From: Narcine bancroftii | Lineage: Eukaryota | DNA length: 64,000 nucleotides | NCBI RefSeq assembly: GCF_036971445.1 | Contig: NC_091481.1 | Coordinates: 85,808,001 to 85,872,000 of the forward strand | Reading direction: 5' to 3' | Part shown: one piece after another, positions 1-12,151 of the stretch | Layout: each line of letters opens with the position of its first letter | How positions within the stretch are numbered: the stretch's first letter is position 1 | The notes under the pieces: generated by a model | Told to the model about the DNA's origin: nothing | What the model saw: only the letters and a program-made list of their open reading frames with translations | Database searches by the model: none | Made by a program: the position numbers and the translations under genes

Positions 1-175
1 ATCTGAGACTCTACTATTTGTTTAACAATATTTTTACATGTGGATAAACATACTGTACATGTATCATTTGCATGTGTTATATCTGGTTGTGTGTCTGCAT
101 GTTTTGCACGGAGGACTGGAGAATGCTGTTTTGTTGAGCTGTATTTGTACAGTCACAATAAACTTGAACTTGTAC

Positions 176-399
176 CTGTTAGAACGGTTCTGGAACAACA
201 TCTTCAGTTCTTCTCGGTCACTTCTTGGCTGCAATTGGCCTTCTGCAAGAACTTGGTACAGCTTTTTCACAGGTAATGCTGACGGGCTAGAAAATTGTGG
301 GGGCGGGGGAAGAGGAGGGGGAGGAAGTGGCAACCTATCTGAATCAAAAGAGATCGTAGAGTTGTCCTGCCTGGAACTTAATCCCCATTGTTCTGACAT
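176..399 (-). CDS. ACTMAP: Actin maturation protease (ACTMAP/C19orf54), first coding exon; gene continues off the left edge
   Basis: Encodes MSEQ...PLPPPPLPPPP...RSDREELKMLFQNRSN-R. This matches the proline-rich N-terminus and the KGREDVKRLLKLHKDR segment of human ACTMAP as recalled. Donor AG|gtacaa at 176/175; pyrimidine-rich acceptor at 509-510. Head-to-head with SNRPA, as in human 19q13.2. Confidence 0.75.
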
Positions 400-1399
400 T
401 TTGAGGATCTTGTGGAGCTGTTATCAGTTTTTAACTTCGTCGAGCTTCATACTGCCTGAATCTCTCCAACCGCTTTCTCCAACAATCAGAACTGACAAAT
501 GACGGTACCTTGACAAGGGGGAGAAAATAGTGTAAGTGTGACAGCAATATAAAATCTCGGTTAGACCCCATTTGGAATATTGTGCTCAGTTCTCCCTGCA
601 AGAAGGATGTGGACCTGCTGGTGCGGGCCTTGGAAGAGTGTCCCCCAAATGGCCCTGCCATATAGACTCCATATAGGCTTTAAAGGAGCAAATGGTGCTT
701 TATTTGAAATCCTGTGATAGTGAGATCTGGGTGCAAGGTGGCGGAAATTGCATTTTGACAGCGGCCCGGGTAGGGGAGCAGCACAGGGCACCAGTAGCGG
801 GGAGAATAGCCTGCCATAGCAGAGGAGTTGACACAAGGACAGTGGCCATGGCAGCGGGCCAGCTGAACGACACACACAGGCGGTGAGTCGTTGGCGTCTG
901 GTGGGGAGGGCTGCTGGAGAACGGGGGTATGGGAACTGAGATTTGAGAGGGTGCTCAGGGCAAGGGCTCTGAGGTTTGGATCTGGGCTGGGATGGCCGAT
1001 GGTTTTAACCGGAGTCCCGTGCAGCTCCGGGACAAATCCACGGTCACTCAGTGACTCTCTTTGGATTCTCTTTCTCTGACTGTAAGAGGTGCTTCAGGCA
1101 ATTTCTGCTGATGGCGAATCTGTCCGCCTTTTGTGTTTGCAAATGTTCTGTTTCATGCCATTGGGTCAAGTCAGGACACAGACCCAACTCCCAGGGAGAG
1201 CACTGGAGGGCCCCACGTGACGTTGTTGGCCATGGGACACGCCTCCATAGGATTGGCCAATCAGATTGCAGGACTCATGATAGGTTCAAAAGGAACTCCA
1301 TCGTTTGATGAACGGCTATTCCCACCTATCAGCGGTGCCCACCGGCTTCACCTCATCCAATCAGTTCCTTTCCTTGACTTGAAACGTTAACGGATCGTT

Positions 1400-1860
1400 T
1401 AGAGGATCATCGAAGCCGGAAGCAGGTTAAATAAATAGACGGTTGATTTTAACGAGCGCCTTTACAGTTTTTGGTTTAAATTAGGCTGATTTTTGTTTTG
1501 TCATGTTGATTGATCTAGAAATGAGCCAATCAGAATTGGGGCTTGGGGGCAGGGTGAACCAATAGGAGGAGAGTGGGGGCGGGACGTCCGGCGGCGCGGG
1601 AGGACAGTGAGGAGGCGCGGTGACGGGACGCGGACAATCGGGGTCCATCCGTGAGTCGGGGGGCGGCGGCGGGAGGGGGGAGAGCGCGGGGTGGCTCGGC
1701 CCGGGCTCCGGGCCTCGGGCCGTGTGTGGGCGCCGGTATCGCAACGCCAGGCCGGGGGGTGGAGCCGCGGTCTTACCGGTCGGTGCTCGGCAGGCCTGCG
1801 GCTCGGCCGGGCGGGTCGAAGGTCACGATCGGGAGGGGGGACTTCCGGTCGGGATCTGGA
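1400..1860. promoter_or_regulatory. CpG-island bidirectional promoter region of ACTMAP/SNRPA
   Basis: Densest CpG cluster in the window. CCAAT boxes at about 1526 and 1559, GC box GGGGCGGG at about 1576, ETS-like CCGGAAG at about 1416 and ACTTCCGG at about 1841. Candidate 5'-exon donors at 1651 (+, gtgagt) and 1776 (-, gtaaga). Confidence 0.7.
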
Positions 1861-1870
1861 GGGGAATAAG

Positions 1871-4190
1871 GGGGGGGCAGGGAGAGAAGGAGAGGGGGGC
1901 AGGGAGAGAAGGAGAGGGGGGCAGGGAGAGAAGGAGAGGGGGGCAGGGAGAGGAGGAGAGGGGGGCAGGGAGAGAAGGAGAGGGGGGGGCTGGGAGAGAA
2001 GGAGAGGGGGGGGCTGGGAGAGAAGGAGAGGGGGGCAGGGAGAGAAGGAGAGGGGGGCAGGGAGAGAAGGAGAGGGGGGCAGGGAGAGAAGGAGAGGGGG
2101 GCAGGGAGAGAAGGAGAGGGGGGCAGGGAGAGAAGGAGAGGGGGGCAGGGAGAGAAGGAGAGGGGGCTGGCAGAGAAGGAGAGGGGGGCAGGGAGAGAAG
2201 GAGAGGGGGGCAGGGAGAGAAGGGGGCTGGGAGAGAAGGAGGGCAGGAAGAGAAGGAGAGAGGGGGGCAGGAAGAGAAGGAGAGAGGGGGGCAGGAAGAG
2301 AAGGAGAGAGGGGGGCAGGGAGAGAAGGAGAGAGGGGGCAGGGAGAGAAGGAGAGGGGGGCTGGGAGAGAAGGAGAGGGGGGCTGGGAGAGAAGGAGAGG
2401 GGGGCAGGGAGAGAAGGAGAGAGGGGGGCAGGGAGAGAAGGAGAAAGGGGGGCAGGAAGAGAAGGAGAGAGGGGGGCAGGAAGAGAAGGAGAGAGGGGGC
2501 GGGGAGAGAAGGAGAGAGGGGGCGGGGAGAGAAGGAGAGAGGGGGCGGGGAGAGAAGGAGAGAGGGGGCGGGGAGAGAAGGAGAGAGGGGGCGAGGAGAG
2601 AGGGGGGCAGGAAGAGAAGGAGAGAGGGGGCAGGGAGAGAAGGAGAGAGGGGGCAGTGAGAGAAGGAGAGAGGGGGCAGTGAGAGAAGGAGAGAGGGGGG
2701 CAGGGAGAGAAGGAGAGAGGGGGCTGGGAGAGAAGGAGAGGGGGGCAGGGAGAGAAGGAGAGGGGGGCAGGGAGAGAAGGAGAGGGGGGGCAGGGAGAGA
2801 AGGAGAGGGGGCTGGCAGAGAAGGAGAGGGGGCAGGGAGAGAAGGGGGCTGGGAGAGAAGGGGGCTGGGAGAGAAGGGGGCTGGGAGAGAAGGAGGGCAG
2901 GAAGAGAAGGAGAGAGGGGGGCAGGGAGAGAAGGAGAGAGGGGGCAGGGAGAGAAGGAGAGGGGGGCTGGGAGAGAAGGAGAGGGGGGCTGGGAGAGAAG
3001 GAGAGGGGGGCTGGGAGAGAAGGAGAGGGGGGGCAGGGAGAGAAGGAGAGGGGGGCTGGGAGAGAAGGAGAGGGGGCTGGGAGAGAAGGAGAGGGGGGCT
3101 GGGAGAGAAGGAGAGGGGGGCTGGGAGAGAAGGAGAGGGGGGCAGGGAGAGAAGGAGAGGGGGGGCAGGGAGAGAAGGAGAGAGGGGGCAGGGAGAGAAG
3201 GAGAGAGGGGGCAGGGAGAGAAGGAGAGGGGGCAGGGAGAGAAGGAGAGGGGGCAGGGAGAGAAGGAGAGGGGGCAGGGAGAGAAGGAGAGGGGGCAGGG
3301 AGAGAAGGAGAGGGGGCAGGGAGAGGAGAGGGGGGCAGGGAGAGAAGGGGGCTGGGAGAGAAGGAGGGCAGGAAGAGAAGGAGAGAGGGGGGCAGGAAGA
3401 GAAGGAGAGAGGGGGGCAGGGAGAGAAGGAGAGAGGGGGCAGGGAGAGAAGGAGAGGGGGGCTGGAGAGAAGGAGAGGGGGGCTGGGAGAGAAGGAGAGG
3501 GGGGCAGGGAGAGAAGGAGAGAGGGGGGCAGGGAGAGAAGGAGAAAGGGGGGCAGGAAGAGAAGGAGAGAGGGGGGCAGGAAGAGAAGGAGAGAGGGGGC
3601 AGGGAGAGAAGGAGAGAGGGGGCGGGGAGAGAAGGAGAGAGGGGGGCAGGAAGAGAAGGAGAGAGGGGGCAGGGAGAGAAGGAGAGAGGGGGCAGGGAGA
3701 GAAGGAGAGGGGGGGCAGGGAGAGAAGGAGAGGGGGGGCAGGGAGAGAAGGAGAGGGGGGGCAGGGAGAGAAGGAGAGAGGGGGGGCAGGGAGAGAAGGA
3801 GAGAGGGGGGCAGGGAGAGAAGGAGCGAGGGGGCAGGGAGAGAAGGAGAGAGGGGGCAGGGAGAGAAGGAGAGGGGGGCAGGGAGAGAAGGAGAGAGGGG
3901 GCAGGGAGAGAAGGAGAGGGGGGCAGGGAGAGAGGGGGCAGGGAGAGAAGGTGAGAGGGGGCAGGGAGAGAAGGTGAGAGGGGGTCAGGGAGAGAAGGAG
4001 AGAGGGGGGCAGGGAGAGGAGAGGGGGGGAATGAGAGTAGGAGAGGGGGCAGGGAGAGGAGGAGAGGGAGGGCAGGGAGAGAAGGAGAGGGGGGCAGTGG
4101 GGGAGGGAGGAAATGTGAGAGAAGGGGGTCTAGGGAGAGAGAAGGGAGGTTTCAGGGAGGGAGAGAGAAGGAGGGTCAGGGACTGAGGGG
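1871..4190. repeat. About 2.3 kb purine-rich tandem minisatellite (GGGAGAGAAGGAGAGGGGGCA-like, about 21-24 bp unit) upstream of the SNRPA coding exons (putative intron 1)
   Basis: Directly visible; the + strand is almost entirely G/A. Confidence 0.95.
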
Positions 4191-4563
4191 GAGGGTGGGT
4201 GGGAGGGAAGAAAGTGGTAGTTGGGAAGGGGAGGGGGCTGAGTAGTCAGGGGAGGGTGGGGAGGGACTGACAGAGGCCAGGTCGGCACCAGATCTGCACG
4301 TCGTATGTTGATCCATTTTTTTTTGACATCTGCAAAATGTTTGTGTTGATATTTGCTCACTTTCCTGGTGAAAGCCAAAATCCGTTTGGGTTTATTAAAT
4401 GTATCATGTTCGTGGAGTTTTGATTTCTGGGTTTACTTTTGCTGTCCTGTAGTGATCTATGCTTGTTGATCTTTGTAGCTGTGGAGAAGTTTTCAGTGAA
4501 TGTCCTACTGTGATTGAATTCTGTTCTTCCCCTCTCATTTTCCATTTAGTTCAGTGAAGAGCG

Positions 4564-4636
4564 ATGTCTGTCCAGGACAGCCGTCCGAACCACACCATCT
4601 ACATCAATAATCTGAACGAAAAGATTAAAAAAGATG
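4564..4636 (+). CDS. SNRPA: U1 snRNP protein A, coding exon 1 ([24 protein letters not shown])
   Basis: ATG at 4564; RRM1 RNP2 motif IYINNL; donor G|gtaact; 73 coding nt. Confidence 0.95.
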
Positions 4637-4913
4637 GTAACTCTTTGAGGGAGTGTCTGCATGCTGGGTTAATGATTGTGCAGCTGTGCATTTGATGATG
4701 GAAACTTGTGGGGAAGCAGGCCTTTTGAACCAATTTGTCCTCCTTTCTCCTTTGTACTCATCAACCTCCATTTTCAAGGGGAACGGAACTGTTCCCTGTT
4801 TCAGAAAATCCCACTTGTAACTGTCTGGGGAAAGAAATATCCTGTGAACCTCTTAAAAGGGTTTATTATTGACCATTATTCCTGTTTTTTTTTATTATTC
4901 CCCATCTATGTAA

Positions 4914-5150
4914 CCAGCATGGTTGGTGTAGCGGTTAGCGCAATGCTGTTACAGCGCCAGCGATCGGGACTGGAGTCTGTCAGGAGTTTGTACGTTCTCC
5001 CCGTGTCTGCATGGGTTTCCCCCCAGCGGCTCCGGTTTCCTTCCACCGTTTGAAACATACTGGGGGTTGTAGGTCAATTGGGTGTAATTGTTGGCACGGG
5101 CTTGTGAGCCGGAAGGGCCTGTTTCTCTGTGCTATATGTCTAAATTTAAA
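4914..5150 (+). mobile_element. tRNA-type SINE; many other copies, e.g. about 22065-22295, 23670-23860, 34620-34825, 46925-47360, 53000-53230, 59400-59600
   Basis: Recurrent about 230 bp element: GGTTAGCGCAATGCTGTTACAGCGCCAG...GGAGTTTGTACGTTCTCCCCGTGTCTGC...GTCTAAATTTAAA. Confidence 0.75.
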
Positions 5151-5400
5151 TTCATTGCAATTTTAAACTCTTCTATTAGTGCGTCACTCATTTAGGGGCA
5201 AATAGCCCCAGTGATTCTGCCTTGCTAATGGTTAACACTAGTGTGGTGTGTCTCAGAGCTGTTTCTGTCATGTGGAAACCAGAACTCTGCTCCGTGCGGT
5301 GTCACGTAAAAACAAAAATCTCTGCTATTAAAGCTGCTCGCCTGCTTTAATTAGGCCTATAATTTGGTGCTAACCTCTGCGGAGTTGAAATGGAAGCTGA

Positions 5401-5652
<252 letters not shown>

Positions 5653-6560
5653 TGACAAACAGCAATGGGCCCAGCATTTTGAGGTTTGCATCGGGTGGCC
5701 AATGGTTTGGACTGAAGACTGCAGCAGCAGGGGCTGCGGGAATCTCTGGAAGCAAATCCACAGACACTCAGTATCTCTGAAGGGACTCTCTTTTGCTTCT
5801 CTTTCTCTGACTGTAAGGGGTGCTCGGTAATTTCAGTTGATGGTGAGTCCTTATCTGCTTAATGCCAGACTTCATGCAATTTTGTATATGTAATATTACA
5901 TCTTTTTTATTACATAAAAATAAGAATCTTAAAACTGTGATCCACAACTAGTCACAGGCCTCCAGTCCAAAAAACATCCTTCCACAACACCCTCTGCTTT
6001 ATCTCCACATATTATCTCCTTAGATCCCATGCAATCTAACCTTCCAAAGCAACCTGCTGTTGTGGCCCCTCATCGAATGCATGGCAGAATTCACTCTATA
6101 TATATACACCAGATCTTGACTTCTGTGAAAAAGTATTCATTTTCCCACCGTGTCTGAAATGTCTGGCACTCCCTTGTTATTTTCTTTCTTTTCGACTCCT
6201 CCGCGTTTAATCAACTGGGGTAAACGTATTTTTTAATTTTCATTGATGAGTACCATTGCAACGGTCAGTCTAGTAGTTGTTCAAAATGGCAGTGACTTCC
6301 AGGGTTGAAACTAAGAAGTACAATGTACACACAGTGCGATTTATTGTCAGAGACTGAGTTTTAATGGGCCATATTCCATTTTATCTTTAAAATTCATCCT
6401 GGGCCACTTAAAAATGGGCAATGGCCTGCAGTTTAACCCCCCCACCCCTCAGTCAAATGAATGCATTGATGGTGCATCACCACACTGGACTAATAATGCC
6501 CTTGTGTAAGCAGTCTGTGGCGTGTTGGTAGCCTGATGCAATATTTCCCCATCGTCACAG

Positions 6561-6728
6561 CGGATCCAATATGCAAAAACAGATTCTGACATCATAGCCA
6601 AGATGAAGGGCACCTTCGTAGAGCGTGACCGGAAGAAGGAGAAGAGGAAAGTGAAGGCTCCTGAACCTTCTGTCAATAAGAAGGCGAATGCCCAACCTTC
6701 AGCCAATGCTGTGGCCCCTCCTGTCTCG
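6561..6728 (+). CDS. SNRPA: SNRPA coding exon 3 ([30 protein letters not shown]...)
   Basis: cacag| acceptor and |gtaagt donor, 168 nt, helix C and basic region. Confidence 0.95.
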
Positions 6729-6857
6729 GTAAGTGTGCCAACTCACACGCAAGGAGAAAGAGTAACTTGTTGGGAATTGAGAGTAACTTGGTGATGTGTG
6801 CTAGGTGAATTATTGAGCCTCTTTCTTACTCGGAGTGACAATGCTTGTCATAACCAT

Positions 6858-7220
6858 TGTAAGGTAAAACATCATGAGATGGGAATGTGTAAGGAGTTAC
6901 CCTGTGCAGGGCTGTAACAAGATGTGAATGCATCCTTGTACTTACAAGATAAGAGAGACATTGATGGATTGAGAGGCAGGAAGCTAGCAGGGAAAGGATA
7001 GCAACAGTTTTAGTCATTGGACAAGTAATGATATGATGATGTTCTAAGCACATATCCAAGGGTATAAAAAATCACCATTTTGCTGATAACGGCAGAATGC
7101 ATTCTCCGACTAACATTGTTAGTCGCAAGTGTTACAATCCGGTAATAAAGAACAAAGAACCCTGATTTCGACTCAGCCTGGTGTTTGTCTCACTCATTCA
7201 TGAACAAAGCAGACCTAACA
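6858..7220 (+). mobile_element. Solo LTR (363 bp) in a SNRPA intron
   Basis: TG...CA termini, 4-bp target duplication CCAT (6854-6857 and 7221-7224), internal TATAAA at 7063 and AATAAA at 7144. Confidence 0.8.
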
Positions 7221-8181
7221 CCATGTGGAGTGAAGTGGTTGTAGACTGATAATGGGTAATCTGCAACCCAGCGCTTGTTCAGCTGACAAACATCCAACAT
7301 ATTATCCTCCACAATTTCTGACCGACAATATGATTCCACCACTAGACACATCTTCTGCTCTCCTCCCTTCTCCACCTTCTGTAGGGACCGCTCCGTCTGT
7401 GACTAGCTTGTCATTTTCCAACAAACCACCCCCTTGGCACCTTCCCCTGGAACCACAAGAAGTGCCACACTTGCTCCAAGGGGGGCAGTTGGTGGTTTTG
7501 GGAGATGTGGACAAGGGAGCATTGGATGGAGCAGTCCCTGCGGAAGGCGGAGAGGGGAAGATGTCTGGTGGTGGACAGAAATGGTGTTGGATGCAGAGAC
7601 TGGTGGGGTGGTAAGTGAGGGCAAGGGGAATCCTGTCCTTGTGTGTGGAAGCATCTGGACGAGGCAGACATTGTGTCCCTCCAAGCACCTGCAAACAGAC
7701 CGTTTGTAATTCGTGTCCAAGCACTCTCAGGAGAAAGCCTCAACTTAGCCAGTGGGGGCTAAGCCAATCTCAGCTGCCTCGCAGACTGTTGACCCCGATG
7801 GAGATGTCAGGATGATGTGTGTCAGCCTAACTTTGTCTTGTTGACTAAGTTTCACCCCCTCTACATCAACCCTTGTCATTACCTCACGAAGGGTACTGAA
7901 AGGTCAATGTCTGAATCAGTGAAACCTAACGTGTCCTTCATATTTGTGTCTTACAGTGACGTTTAAATTAACGCAGCAGAGACTAGATCTCTGGAGAGCC
8001 GAGGGCTGTTGTTAACTGAATGATGAGGCCCCTACTCTGTTTGAACTGTAACCCTGCCCCATGCACCGTTTTACCCTGCTGTGTTTCTAGACAGATGGAC
8101 TTGCTGGGTAGCAAGCAGAATGAACCTCGGCACGACCAACTGCTCTGTGGTTCATTCTCTCTTCCCCTCTCTTTATTCTAG

Positions 8182-8355
8182 GGCATGTCGATGATGACCC
8201 AAACCCCTCGGATGATGCCGATGTCGGGGCAGCCACCTTACATGCCGCCTCCTGGGATGATGCCCCCACCCGGGATGGCTCCTGGCCAGATGCCCCCGGG
8301 CTCCATTCCTCCTGGCCAAATGATGCCCGGCCAGATGCCACCTCCTGCTCAGACG
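8182..8355 (+). CDS. SNRPA: SNRPA coding exon 4 (Met/Pro/Gly-rich linker)
   Basis: [31 protein letters not shown]...; ag/gtaag boundaries, 174 nt, in frame. Confidence 0.93.
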
Positions 8356-10184
8356 GTAAGTGTTCTCATTGGGGAAAATATAAGGGGTTTACCAATTGGA
8401 TTGTAATATGAGTTTAACCTGGCAGTTTGGCAGGTAATCTACCCGTGTACAGTTTCAAACCACGTGGAGGTGGATTGCTGATCTGTCAATATGCACCGTG
8501 TTGCTGCTGCTGGTCAGTCTGCAAGCAGTCATGGCTGTCCTGGTAGAAAATGACGTCAGCGCTTGTATGCAATGGCTGTCTTTCTTACCCATAATCCCCC
8601 ACGCCAGAGCGGTTCCAGCAGCGTGGGGGATTGTGTTTAATAAGGACGGCCATTGGTCCTGCCCCAACACTGTTCCCCGGCCCCAACAGTGTTCCGACAG
8701 CGCTTGCCACGGCCCCAACAGCACCCCGTCCCAATTCCACACCCATCCTGACCACTTACCTTTTGAAGGCCAGCACAGGAAATTCCTTGCAGGGCCTCTG
8801 ATGATGCGGTGAGTGCTTGGCACGTCAATCGCTGCGTCACTGAAGGGACGAGGGCGCCCTTAAATTGCTGTTCAGTCGGGCAATAAGGGGCTGTAGGGCC
8901 CCACTACGCGGATCCCGAGCAGCCCCAGTTTGTAAGCGCCTCGATCGCAGATGGATCTTTAACCTGGTGATGGGAAGACTCCTGGAGAAAAGTCCTCAAT
9001 ATGTCATGAGCCCCCTGCTGTCCTCTGTGGGTTCCCTGGGAGGGGTCCGTCCTTAAACCTTCTTGGAGCAACTCTCAAGAAAAGCTCTGATCTTGTCCGG
9101 TGTGAAGGTTGTATTTTACAACATTTGCTTTGTTGCTAAATTAGAATTAGTTCATGTACCATCTATGCTGGCATATAGGACAATCCTGAAACTTGAAAAT
9201 GCCACATCAAGGGTCGTCCTATATGCTGGGTCTAAAACCTGAACATTGCCATCAAAGTCTCAACAACACCATCTTCCCACTGGCTCCAACACAATCTCGC
9301 GCCTGCCCCGAGTGATTTGTGAAGTTTCAGCCCTCCTCTGCAGGGACCATCCGCCCGGTCCAACTGCCATCGGCTCTGAACGGGCTTTAAACGGCCCATT
9401 ACAGGAGCCAACGATGGTTTATCTAAATATAATTAAGACCTTTTCATGCTAATTTGTTATTAAAATATTATGATTTGCTTTTAACTGCATCCACTGATTG
9501 GCATTAAGTGCCAGATTTGGGGGGGATGTGCTAAACAAAGAGTATTGCTCAAAACCAGCATTTTAGATGGAAATTGTGGGTCGTCCCATATGCTGGGATA
9601 TACGGTATATTAAAATCCGACTCGTTCAGTCTGCTCGACTGGAATGTCCACATTCCCTGGAGCCTGTAGCTATGGTTTATTTCTGCTTACTGCTTGTGAT
9701 ACTCAATAGTTGTGTCTGTCTTCCCTCCGGTTCTTAGCTCTGTTGTTACCAAACTGGCATCAGAGCCCCACATGAGCACATTGGGTGAATTTTTTTTCAA
9801 CTTGTGAAGTCATGTCACCGCTGGGGGAAAAGAAGTCTGGATAACTGAGCTGTTCCATTAACTGAACCGCTAGGATAATCAGAAATGTCCTGTATTAATG
9901 AGGTTGTAGGTCATTTGGCTATAATTGGGCATCACGGGCTTGTGGGCCATAGGGGCCTGTCACCATACTGGATGGACATCTAAATTTAAATGACTTTTTT
10001 TGGATTATTGCATGACAATAAAGGAATGGCTCAGTGCCGAGTGGGTTACAGGGCAGCTTTAAGGAGTAGCTTTTAGAACAAGGTAGTTAAGCAAAGGCTT
10101 GTGACGTTGAGGAAATGGGAGGATCTCCAGCAGTGTGGTAGGGGCAGTTTGAGCAGTTGTGAGAACAATTTGCTTGGGAGTTAA

Positions 10185-10295
<111 letters not shown>

Positions 10296-10599
10296 TGAGT
10301 ATCAGATAGGACAGACCTTCAGCATGGAACTGTTGAGTCGGGGGCGATGCTGGTGGCATGGACGAGGTTTTCTTCTCGACTCTGTCACCAGCCCTCATTC
10401 CTTTCGGCCTTTCAGCTTCTCGACGGACATTTTAACTGTTTTTCTCACACCGCGGGTGGTGCCTGACAACTGGAAATCAAATGTAAACAAAAATTTGTTG
10501 GAAATGGTCAGGCGGCACCCGTGGAGAGAGAAACAGTGAATATATTGGGTCAAAGATCCTCGAAACTGGGAAAGTGAGGAGACAAGGTGCAGAAAAGGT

Positions 10600-11310
10600 A
10601 GTGTGAAACACGAAACTGCAGATGCCATGATTGTAGTAAAAACACACAGTAATGCTGGTCTCACAGCATCCATAGGAAGGAAAGATGTATCACTGACATT
10701 TTGGACCTGAACCCTTCAAGGTACGAGTGAAAAGGAGGCAGGCACCTAAATTAAAAGGTTGGGGAGGGAAATAAACCCAGCAGAGATAAGGATATGGCTG
10801 GGAGGAGAAGTGAGAACTGTGTGGGGAGTTGTTTGGGGCTCTGTGAGCAGTGCTGGGGGAAAGGAGACCGGGTAAAAAGTGGGGGGCGGGGGGGGGGGGG
10901 GGGCAGTGAGAGAGACCTAGAGGAAAGGAGACATGGGGGTGGGTGGGGCTAATGGAAACCAGGGAGGTCGACGTTGATACCATCTGGTTGGAGGTGGCCC
11001 AGACAGAAGGTGAGGTGCTGTTCCTCCAATTTGCGGGTGGTCTCAGTCTGGCAGGGCATGACACCGTGGACAGACATGTCAGTGTGAATGGGACAGGGAA
11101 TTGAAATTGGTGGCCAATGGCAGATCCACACTATTACGAGAGCCAAGGTGCCCAACAAAGCGACCTCCCAGTCTGTGCCCAGTCTCTCCGATGGAAAGGA
11201 CACCACAACAAGAGCACTGGATGCAGTAGACGACTCCTGTGGATTCACAAGTGAAGTGTTGCTTTACTTAGGAGGACTGGGTGGGCCCCCGAATGGTGGT
11301 GAGGGAGGAG
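10600..11310 (-). mobile_element. Penelope-like element 3' remnant (GIY-YIG region); related pieces at about 7500-7720 (-) and 23020-23490 (+)
   Basis: Translation CQTETTRKLEEQHLTFCLGHLQPDGINVD and DRIPLALTYHPTSL, typical of vertebrate Penelope ORFs. Confidence 0.7.
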
Positions 11311-11426
11311 CATAGCAAGCTCCTGCAGAACATTGTCTGCCTTCCTTCCCATGTTACCATACAGTGATCAAGGTGCGTGATCAGTTGTTGGGGCGCCTTT
11401 TCGCACCCTGTTGCTGTTGGGTTTGA

Positions 11427-11627
<201 letters not shown>

Positions 11628-12088
11628 GGGTCGATCTGCTTCAATATGGCTTTGCTTTCAAAGCCCTTTCACAATTTTATATAACATAGCACAGTAATCG
11701 GTTTGTGTATTAGGTTCGAAAGTCCAGGTGCCTCAGGTAAGTGAGGGTGAGGAGGTCCTTGGGCCCACATTGTGCCATCTACCCTGCCTCAGTGGATTCC
11801 CTGCAAGAGGTCCAGCGTGAATCCTCCGTTTGCAGACCAGAGTGCACAGATCAGATTGTGTTGTGGATGTGGTATCCCTTCCGTGGACGTCAATCTGAAT
11901 CTTCCTCCCCCCCCCCCCCCCCCCTCTTTTTTCCCTTTCTGAATGATAGTTGGGAACTGGTAATGGACTTGGCCCCTGAACAAAGGGACTGGGTGGGCTC
12001 CCTCTCCTCAGTTTCTGAATCTTGTGTGTCCTGTGCATCTGTGAGTGAATGGATGTCGGTCTGACTGAGGCGGTTTAATTGTAACGCA

Positions 12089-12151
12089 GAAAGCAGTTCA
12101 CCCAGAGTCTCAGTGACATTGCACCTGGAGCTTTCCAAGAGAAGAATTAAA
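12089..12151 (+). promoter_or_regulatory. U1A polyadenylation inhibition element (PIE) and ATTAAA poly(A) signal
   Basis: Stems GAAAGC/GCTTTC, CCAG/CTGG and GTC/GAC, with two 7-nt asymmetric loops (AGTTCAC at 12095-12101, ATTGCAC at 12118-12124). ATTAAA at 12146-12151. Same layout as the human SNRPA PIE. Confidence 0.9.

Noticed and set aside
1620-3977. 785-aa and 322-aa G/E/R-rich ORFs
   Set aside because: Artefacts of the T-poor purine minisatellite, which cannot easily form stop codons.
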